Assembly: GCA_965637545.1 (NCBI GenBank)
Contig: OZ281496.1
Location: forward strand, 28,024,001 to 28,088,000
Origin: Phallusia mammillata
Lineage: Eukaryota
Direction of reading: 5' to 3'
DNA length: 64,000 nucleotides
Shown here: in pieces, positions 51,792-62,166 of the stretch
Position numbering within the stretch: the first letter of the stretch is position 1
Layout: each line of letters starts with the position of its first letter
Made by a program: the position numbers and the translations under genes
The notes under the pieces: generated by a model
Database searches by the model: none
What the model saw: only the letters and a program-made list of their open reading frames with translations
Told to the model about the DNA's origin: nothing

Positions 51792-53977
51792 ATGTCTGAC
51801 ATATCAAGCATTGGTGTCGACATTAGTTCACCGAAATGGGACCAGTCAACATTTTTCGGAAGACTTCGTCATTTTGCTGCTATTACTGACATGAGAAAGT
51901 CCATTGTTTCTGCAACAGAACTTGAAAAGGCAAAAGCAATAGTGACAGGCTACAGGTTGGCTATTTTCATTTACTTATAAACATAACATATATTCGTGGA
52001 CTTGCTTTATAATTGAGAAAGTGCTTGTTTATAATTGAGAAAATTTTATTGCAATATTTGTTTTTAAATTGAATAATGGTAACAATACTGAGTACAAACT
52101 GTTCTCATATTTCTTTGCAATGTTTATGTTTTTCTAATTAAACACTGGTAATAGTATTGAAATGAATCTTGTGAATGTATTTATACACATGGAACAACAT
52201 TTTCAGTTAAACCTGTTGCATTAATCCTAATTTAGTTCTGGAAACTGTCCACCTAGGATCACAGAGGACAAACTGTGGCAGGCAAAACACCTGTATGACT
52301 CTGCTTTTCATCCTGACACTGGTGAAAGAATGAACTTATTCGGCAGGATGTCTTTCCAAGTTCCAAGTGGAATGACTATTATCAGTCTTTTGCTGCAATT
52401 TTACAAGTAAATTTTAGTTTGCCATAATAATTTGGAAATAGTCAATATGCCTGTATATAACAAATGTAATGTTTCAAGTTTATAGAGCTCTTCTGGCTAC
52501 CTTTGTCAGAATAGCTCTACAAAACTTCATATTATGCCTGGCAGCAATAGCTTTTATATTTAAAACATGTTAATGGCAAATCTTGCGTTAAAGTTACTTT
52601 TCTGGTATGCTTTATATTTTGTTAGCTTCATGGTCTTGGAGATAGCTAAAATAATGTTGCTTTTGATTTAAAGATATTACACTTTAATAGATACCATGTG
52701 TTGTTTTTTCAAGGACACCTGGACAAGTTGCACTTATGCAATGGCTAAATCAATCCTTCAATGCCCTTGTGAACTTCACAAACCGAAACGCGGCGTCAGA
52801 AACCACCACAAGACAAATGATGTTTGCATATGTTACTGCTACCAGCACTGCCTTAGGTAAGCACCAAGAACGAAAACCTGGAAAGTTTCTGGCTAAGATA
52901 AAGGTTTAATTTGTGTTTACCAGGTGTTGCACTGGGCTTAAATGCATACTCCAAGCAAGCACCAACGATAGTTGCACGATGTGTTCCCTTTGCTGCTGTT
53001 GCAGCTGCCAATGTTGTTAATATTCCTTTGAGCAGACAAAGGTATATATGAGTAGTGTTCCTATTTTGCACCTTTATTGAGATGAACACAAGTTCATAGC
53101 TGGAATCAGCCCTGATGCGTTTATGCAGACCGGCGATCATGGCACTCGCACGTATAAATCGCAGTACACTAGGCCCATTGAAGGTGTTGAGCTCAAACAG
53201 CCAGTCACCAAGCATTTACCACCATATGACAAGGCGAAGGCTGGCCAACTCTAACAAGTGGCGAGATCTGAATTCACAACATGAGTCCTTCCAGGATTTG
53301 GCATTTTGTGACTGTGCTATTTTAAGATAAAATTTGCCTGTTTTTTTAACAGTGAGTTACTGCATGGTGTTACCATAACAACAGAAGATGGCAAAGTTTT
53401 AGGCAAATCTAAGGTAAGCAAGACTGAATTACTTATATGACTGTAGTGCTTAAAGTTTTGTTATCGGCTAGAAATGCGCTCAGAAAGGAATCAGTCAGGT
53501 CGTGATTTCAAGAGTAACAATGGCTGCACCAGGAATGGGTAATAAAATACTAAACCTTCGTTAGTAAAATCTTTTTTCAATGTGTTTCTTCATTTGCATA
53601 GTCTTTCTTCCCATGGTGATGGAACACCTCAATAAAAAAGCCTGGTTTCGAAGAATGACTTGGACACATCTGCCTATTCAAACAATTGGTGTTGGAGTTT
53701 TGTAAGTTGTTCATTTCTTATTTAATAGTTTGTGCTTAATTTGGCAACAAACGATTTATTTTCAGTTTGACGTTCATGGTGCCAACAGCTTGCTCTATTT
53801 TTCCCCAGAAAGCGTAAGCAACAATTGTTTTGTGTAAATTTTGGTAGATTGACATAATGAGTTTATAATTTTTGCAGTTCTATGGATGTCTCAAAGCTGG
53901 AACATGATTTACAGAAAACCATTGGGGAACATAATGGAAATTCTGTGCAAAAAGTGTATTTTAACAAAGGTTTATGA
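51792..53977 (+). CDS. SFXN2: Sideroflexin-2-like, copy b, 9 exons, 323 aa
   Basis: Exons 51792-51955, 52236-52406, 52714-52856, 52924-53041, 53353-53413, 53472-53538, 53602-53701, 53766-53813, 53878-53977; exon sizes identical to copy a; no stops. Confidence 0.93.
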
Positions 53978-54362
53978 TTGCACTCAGTGTTATAATATCT
54001 GTGTTACTATCATTGAGTCTATATGCATGGTGTTTAATGCTATTTCTTGCAGTAAATTTTAGTGGCATTGTGTTTTAGTTAAATTATAGTGTGGTGTGCA
54101 ATTTATTACTACAAATGTCAAAAATGTTTCGTTTTTGTAATTATTCCCAAATGTTAATTCCAATTTTTAGTTTATTGACGTTTGCTATTTCCAAAGGGTA
54201 TTTTTGCCAAAGCCATATCATTTCATTTATGTTGTTCTTGCAAGTTCAATAATTATCATTTTTAATTTATCATGTGACATTACATACATACAATAATAGA
54301 CTTCTTTATTCACAATAAGTTTCCTTTATATTTTTACCAGCTAAAGTGTTTAAAATCTGAAA

Positions 54363-57114
54363 ATGTTAAAAACTGAAGTGAATAAAAATCCACAACAGAC
54401 GACTTATTTCCAAAGATGGAGGCACTTTGCTGCTGTTACTGATGTGAGAAACTGTTTTGCATCTAATAAACAGTTGGAAGATGCTAAGGCCACAGTTATT
54501 TCATACAGGTGTGTGCTAAGTTTTTATGGTATCTTGAAAGATAATCACCATCAACTGTTAAGTAATCTCAGCAACTATACATCACATAGTTTTTTCGTTC
54601 ATTATAATGTAGCAATTTTAAATATCCCATCTGCACTCACTAATCTGTCTGCCTTCTAATTGGTATTCAAATTAATTTATGCACACCATAGTAACTTGGC
54701 ACGATTTATTAGGTTGGCACACAGCGTAAAAACGTTGCTGGCCCCTGCGATATAGCTTGTGTGCCAAATTAATACCCTCAGCTTGTTATATGTCCAGCAG
54801 CTTTACACCTCTTGGCCTCCTAATGACAATAAATAAATGACCATTTTGTGATAGATCTGGTCAATTGCCTCCTGATTATTCAGAGGAAAAATACTTGCAA
54901 GCGAAGCAGCTGTATGACTCAGCATATCACCCTGACACTGGCGAAAAGATGCCATTGATCGGTCGAATGTCATTTCAAGTGCCTGCTGGAATGACAATGC
55001 TGGGTCTTTTGCTTCAGTTTTATAAGTAAGTTTGTTAATTGCTTTTGACAAACTAGATTGTTTGTTTGATGACTATGTATATGCATTTTTGTGAGCTTCT
55101 AATTTCATTTTTGAACAACATTGCTGAACTACATTCTACAAATTCGGTTGAGCTAGGTTTATTTCGTCCCCTGAAACTAATCTGGCAGCACAACTGCACT
55201 ATAAGTTTTCACTAAGATTGACATTCGTTCTGTAAATGACTAATAGCAGTCTGATTGCAGAATTGGCTTGTCTGCGGCTACACAAGTGAATGTGTTTGTG
55301 TTACAGGACACCAGTTCAAGTTGCTTCCATCCAGTTTGTCAACCAGTCATTCATTTCCTTTGTCAACTATACGAATCGAAATGCTGCATCACACACAACA
55401 ACAAAACAATCCTTGTTCGCTTATGTGTCCGCAACAACTACTGCTTTGTGTAAGAACAATAACAATATTTTCCCTGAGCAGAATGTAGGAACATCAATAA
55501 TGACATCATTGAGTTACTTAAGCTTGTATATCTCCATCAGCATGTACAGATGAATTGGTTGATCACATAACCAATTTGCCGAAATATTTTTTTAAGTGAT
55601 TGGCTGGAGTATGCAATAAACTGGTTTATTTGATTACCTTGATGATTTTTTAGTAAAAGGCTGTAGTTCTGGTTTACAATCCATATACTATTAAACAGGT
55701 CATGTGATTAACCACATTTGTCTGAATGTGTATATTTGTATGATAACATAAAAAATAATCTCGGCAGTTGGTTAACAACATAGGTACTGTGATTTTAATG
55801 TTATGTATGCCCAATATTTGTTAAGCCACATTAATTTTGTTTAAACTATGTATATGTATTCTTAGGTGTTGCAGTGGGACTTAATATTTATACAAGAAAA
55901 GCTCCACCTATCTTTGCAAGGTGGGCACCATTTGCAGCAATTTCATCTGCCAGTGCTGTCAACATACCTTTGACTAGGCAGGAGTAAGTAATAGAAAGAC
56001 ATTTTGGAGTCATAAAATATTGTCAGTTGGCTGAGATATAAAGTCCAAGCGTTGTATTTATGCCACATGTCAAATGAGGTACTTTATTATATCTCAAAAC
56101 TTTATTTAAGCCTTTCCATTTGGTAGGTTTCACATTATATCTTATAACCTATTATCTTGGAATGTTGAAATCCCAAAGCACTGTCCTTGTTATCTTTTAT
56201 GCTTCTCTTTAATATATATTTAACTCTGTTTTTTTATTCAACTTAGTGAATTGCTGAATGGTGTTGTCATCAAGACAGAAGATGGAAAGATAGTTGGAAA
56301 GTCAAAGGTCAAGATCGCATAACTTCTTGTTTGTAATTTATTCTGACATACAGTAAACTTCAGTTTATTCTCCTAATTCGGACAAAACTCGAGGTACAAA
56401 TAATTTCTAATGTGGTAAGGCTCGAACTAATCAATTTAGATAAATCAGATCAATTTAATCCAGGCAAATTTTTGGTTCAAGCGGTTCCGATTATCCAAGG
56501 TTTATCGAAATATCTTTTGTAATTTATTCCGATATGTATTGTAATGCAGAAATGTGCAAGAAAGGGAATTCTCCAAGTTTTTGTTTCAAGAATGGTAATG
56601 GTGGCTCCTGGCATGAGTATGTAATATTTTATTTGTTGTTAATGTTATTGTTAATTTGTTGCAATAACATTTTGTTGACTTTAGCGCTTATTCCAATTTT
56701 AATGGAACATTTGAACAAAAAACAATGGTTCAGAAAAATGCCCTTTATCCATCTACCTTTCCAGATGATCTGTATTGGAACATTGTAAGTGCTTCATTTT
56801 GATTAATTTGATGGTAGATTGGAGTTGTGACACACGCATATGCTTTACTTTCAGGATGCTTGTAATGTTACCATCTTCTTGTGCCTTGTTTCCACAAACT
56901 GCGTAAGTTATTTCCAACATTCTCCAATGCGTTAAAGCTTATTAGAGATTTTGATTGAAAATTGTCAAAAGCCATTGCTTATCATTTGTTTGTAATAGAA
57001 CTTGATTTTTTTAGGTCAATGTTGGTCAGTGATCTTGAACCCAATGTCAGGGAATCAATTGAGAAAAAATATGCAAACTCGGTTCAATATGTCTATTTTA
57101 ACAAAGGCCTTTGA
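54363..57114 (+). CDS. SFXN2: Sideroflexin-2-like, copy c (divergent), 9 exons, 317 aa
   Basis: Exons 54363-54508, 54855-55025, 55307-55449, 55866-55983, 56247-56307, 56550-56616, 56685-56784, 56855-56902, 57015-57114; intact frame ending VYFNKGL-stop. Confidence 0.9.
54709..54772. mobile_element. Tiny mariner-type MITE
   Basis: TA-TTAGGTTGGCACACA .. TGTGTGCCAAATTAA-TA, 64 bp. Confidence 0.6.
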
Positions 57115-58024
57115 TTTCAAAATACCTCTGTTGACAAAATTGATGCAGGCGTTTATAGTTCTTCAAATATTTTCAGTGTTGTTTTATGATGATGCAAAGT
57201 GTTTGTTTTACCTGTGCAAATTACTTTTATTGGAGATTGCGAATCGTTGCACTTTGTACGGAAATAGCAGAATTAAAATATTTTTATTCAAATGCCTGCT
57301 AAAATCTGGTTGTGAGGTAAATAGAAATTCTGCTAACACAATCTGCATTCAATTTACTAATGAAAAATCTTCTAAAGTTGGTGGTTTAATAAATTATCTA
57401 CATTACTACATGGTGTAGGTAGTTTCTAACCTTTTTTGCCATTTAACCATAACTTCTTGTATTAAACTTACAGCTTAAAACAAGACCACAACAACAATCT
57501 ACAATTTCTTTACAAGTCTTTGAAATATCGCTGTGACTATAAACATAAAATTTACCAAACGAGCGCAAAATGATGAGGTCACATAAAGTGAAATAAACTC
57601 TTGACCAAACACAATTGGGAAAGATAAAATTGCACCAAGAAAACATTGAATTTCATGATTCTCAGAACACATATTTAACATACTTGTTGACTTTAGATCT
57701 ATAACAATTAATTTTGGTGAAAAGCAGCTAACATAGTACAGTGCAACAAAACAGGGTATTTACCATAAAGTAACAAAAAGCGTTTTTTTATCATTACTGC
57801 ACAAACCATTGTGTTAGGCATTTAACACAACACTGTTGAAGGCATTTTACATATATACACTTAAAAGTTTTCCTTTTCTGGTATCAGCCGCTTTTGGTAA
57901 TTGGAAAAGCTTGTGACGTATTTATCACTAGAAAACTTTAACACAACACATAAAGGCAGGACATGAAGTAGAACAATCCGTGCTGAAGTTCATGATAAAA
58001 GCCTCAAAAATACTGAAGGACCTC

Positions 58025-60995
58025 TCAAGTGCTTTTTGGTGCCTCTGTCATCATTCGTTTACCTATGTATACCCTGCAATACATTTTACAACATGCAATG
58101 AAACTCTCGAGGGACATGCAAACACTGGTAGTGGTTTGTTGGGATGACTGAATAATTAATAAGATAACAGACAGGATGATGTTGTATATTTCATTTTGTG
58201 CAAGCTATAAGTGATAGAAATTTATCATCAAAAAGTCTGAAATCGAATGTCCTGATTAATTTAGTGAAGCATGGCTTTTAAGCAAATAACTCGCTACAAA
58301 CTTGAATGTGCGAACATTGCTGTATTAACCCATATGGCCAACATTTTGTCACAACCAGCACCAATTAGACTGTATAGATCATAACAGTGTGCACTGTTTG
58401 TATCTTACTTATTGCATGATGACTCTTTAACTGCCTAAGGTTTTGACAAAACTTAGGCAGGTATCACCACATCTTTGGATAGGGTAATACATATAGAGAT
58501 AGATAGATATGTATTTTTCAATAACACTTTAAAAAGAAAACCTGGCTTCATACCCGAGTCCAAATGCAACAATGTTTGTGACAATGATAGATGGAATGAA
58601 GACTTGTAAAAATTCCCAAGAGAAAAAGTTGTGCTTCATGGCGTCTGTGTTTCGCAAACTAAGAGGGGTTCGTTTTGGTTGTGGAGGTCTTTTGAATTGA
58701 GATTCCCTTAAATGTGATGAATATCAACAAGCAACAAAGACAGTGTGTATTGCCTAATGCTACGTACACTGAAGAGTTGGTTCAACTGGGAATTTTTAAA
58801 CAATTAGCCAGACTTTTGTTACCTGTTTAGGCCAAATTTTTGGAAAGCTAAAAGCTAATGAATGTAAAATACCAAATGTACCATTTTTAAAGTGTATACA
58901 AATATAGGCTATTCATTTTACTGTTTGATCACCACATACCTACCTGTTTCAAGCTAACATTGACTTGATTTAAACCTTTGCTAAAAGGTTGAAACTTGGC
59001 CTGCTGTCAAAGTAACAAGGACTTACTTATAGACAATTGACCCAACTTGACTCAACAATGTGTCACTTACGCTTTCACAAACATAACAAAAGACATATTG
59101 TTATATGTTACAAAGCCAAATCATAAAAAACATTTTAATTTAAGCAAACATTTACTAAAATAGGTCCACTTATAACAGGGTTAGAAAGGCCAATATAACA
59201 GGGACTTTGACTTGGATCGATTTGCAAGACGTAACATGCACAATATACAGTACACCTTGATTAGTCTGGACCAAAGAAATTGTCCTGATTAATCAAAGAT
59301 CTGAATTGACAGAATCCGGTTTAACCAAGGTTTACTGTATATAGAAAATAAATTTGCACTGTCTGCAGCTGAACAATTGGACTTAATTTGCATTACGATC
59401 TAAACCAAACACTTACTCTGGGGGTTTAAAAAGTGGTTTGCTTGACCAGTCCCAAATCCAAGTAGCATCTGCATCAGGCCCTGGAAGCTCCGGAAGTACA
59501 TCACAAAGCTCCAAACAATCAAATTATTAGTTTGTTGAATGTCAGTAATATGTGGCTGTTTTAAAATATCTGCCTGTATTTTAAACACATAGGGCCAGCA
59601 ATTTTAAAAACAACATTTTTTGGGGGGATTATTTTAAAACATTTTGTCCAACTATAAAGTTTTAAAATTAGTTTGTTTACATTTGTTACTTACTGGGGTG
59701 ATAGGAGTCTTTCTGGAGGGTGAATTGTTTCCACTGACAATGGGAGAAACTCTGCTGCTGGCACATAGGCTTTGTGGTCTTGGTGGACTGAAAAAAACAA
59801 AACAATTCCGTTAGAAGTCAATTGCCAACATCAAATTTGGAATTAAACAAACTTGTAGAAAACAAATAGTGGAGACTATAAGAAGAAACATATAGCTTAT
59901 TGGCTAAAAACACATTTGCAGTTAAGTAATCATGTGAAACCATGTTGTCACAATTTTGTGCAGCCGAGGATTTCCTGTTGATTACTAAGCTGTATCTATA
60001 GTAGCATACATAAAGGTCAACAAATTTAGTTTTTATTAACTAAAAACAGAAGTATTTAAATATGCTAATTTTAACAACAAAACAAAAAATACATCCAGTG
60101 CAGTAAAAAATCGCCAAAGTAAACTTTAAAACCATTATATTTAACACGACACAAAATCAATAGCAATCAGTCTATAGTTGCACATAAGTTCTAATGCAGA
60201 AATATCAACTCAAGTGACTAGCTAAATAGAACCATAATAAAAAGTACATAAACATACATACAGGCAGCGGTGGGATTCAAATTTTTTTATCAGCCGGTTC
60301 ATCACAAAAGTCATATTTTTCAGCCGGTTCTGTTACAAAAAGTCCATTAACAGTAACCATTAATGCTAACCGGTTCGCTGATCTCATAAAATTTAGTGAG
60401 ACGGTTCTATAGAATCGGTGTGAACCAGCTGAATCCCACCACTGCATACAGGAAAGCTGAAATATAGCTGATACTGTACCTGTTAATGTGTGATCCAGGA
60501 TTTGATGGTTCTCTTGACGTGGGTGGAGTTGATCCCTCACGTTGTGCTTCTCTTAGCAAACGCTCCATATCATCACTTTGATATGATTGCAGATTGCGTT
60601 GAATTTTGACACCACAAGACTGTTCCAAATCAACCCATGATTCTGAAAACAAATAATTTTACTTGGTACTAATACACACAGCTAAACAATGTTTCTGATT
60701 GATGATACATCTTTTTAATATTATTAGGATGTATCATTAAACAATTGCTAAAAGTTGTTTCAACAGTCTAACATTTGAACCATTAAATTGCCCACAGTGA
60801 ACTTGCATTTGTGCAAGGATTTCATTTGTTACCATGCTGATTACTAAAAAATTGGTTTGAGTTACATTGATAAAAACGGATCTACTACTTTTTAGGTCAA
60901 TGATATTCCAAGTAAAGTACATAAAAACATTTACCACTAATTTCAGATGCTCCATCACTTTTAACATCAATCTGTTGTGAAAATATAGATGACAT
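58025..60995 (-). CDS. BNIP3: BNIP3/BNIP3L(NIX) mitophagy receptor, 6 coding exons, about 203 aa
   Basis: Exons 60995-60935, 60642-60480, 59787-59694, 59508(?)-59417, 58706-58554, 58073-58025. LIR ESWVDL; DMERLLREAQRE; WIWDWSSKP; LSLRNT; TM FIPSIIVTNIVAFGLGVYIGKR. The exon 4 acceptor is ambiguous. Confidence 0.88.
60265..60444. mobile_element. hAT MITE family A, copy 4 (in a BNIP3 intron)
   Basis: TIRs CAGCGGTGGGATTCA / TGAATCCCACCACTG; perfect TSD CATACAGG. Confidence 0.9.
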
Positions 60996-61408
60996 AACGG
61001 CAATCACAGTTTGTTACCTGGCCAGAAACGAAACCTTTTAAGAGTTAAAACCTGTTGGTATAAACAAATCATATTAAACAGCCAGCACATAAAACTTAGT
61101 ATATGACAAAATATACACATTGTTCCACCGTAAATTACTATCATTTAAACAAAACCAACACTAGTTCTACTGCATGTTTTTAGCTTTTAAATGCAAAATA
61201 CAAAATGGCTTATTTGTAACCGATTATTCTCCATCACTGAACATGCCAATTCGAATATAATTTAAAACCGCTATTGCCTACAGCATTTACACACAATGGA
61301 CGCTGACATATACCTATAGCTACCACAATTTCCGCTGTGCTTTTATCGCAGCGAAACATACGCTGCGCCCTCGACAAAAGGCTTGTTTTGACACATCACC
61401 GTAAAAGA

Positions 61409-61436
61409 GACGTGCTTCGCCATGGTCACGTGACGT
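61409..61436. promoter_or_regulatory. CLEAR/E-box plus CRE/HRE-like cluster upstream of BNIP3
   Basis: Perfect palindrome GTCACGTGAC 61425-61434 overlapping TGACGT; extra ACGTG near 61410; lies in a locally CpG-rich patch about 430 bp upstream of the ATG. Confidence 0.55.
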
Positions 61437-62166
61437 AAACAACGATTCGTCGAGTTTACTCGAGGTCATTTTACCGCAGGTTACTCCGTGGCACAGCGAC
61501 ATTGCCTTGTGTTTATCTCTGTTTGATTATTTGCGGTATTTTAAATAGTCGCGTCCTGTTTTTATTAACTAAAGCAGAATGCCAATCGCTTCCTAATCTA
61601 AAACTAAAGTACTGTATCTTTGGAAATACCACCATATTGTTTCTAATTGTAAAGGTTTTTCCCAGGACAAACACAATTTTTAACTGCCGTTTTCGACAGT
61701 CCTATCAGTTCACTAAGCCTTATCCGCTTGCACCAAAATAAGCTAGTCATATGATTGTCATAAAGCTTGATCACATGCCGCTTTTCTTGCCAAAACCAGG
61801 CTGTCAATTACGATAAAATATGCTTGTTTTTTGCTGACTTGCTTTGATCGCAAGGCGATATAAAAGACACATACAACTGGCCCTACAAAGTGGTTAAATA
61901 AACCTTTTATCACTTGTAACTGCTACTGCTTTCGCGGCCAACTAACTTCCAAGAACCAACTAGTATCAAAGTTTCCTGTTATGTTATGTTGAGAGTTCGA
62001 TAATAATCGACATCCCGCTGGTGCGACTACTAAGATTATCGCATGGTTGAGGAATCACACAGCGGGAGGCGTTTGTGCGAACCTAATGCAAACAAAATCC
62101 AATTTCGTAGATCATTGTATTAAAATAGCGGAAACGCATATTCACAAATCAAGTGATTCATTTTCA

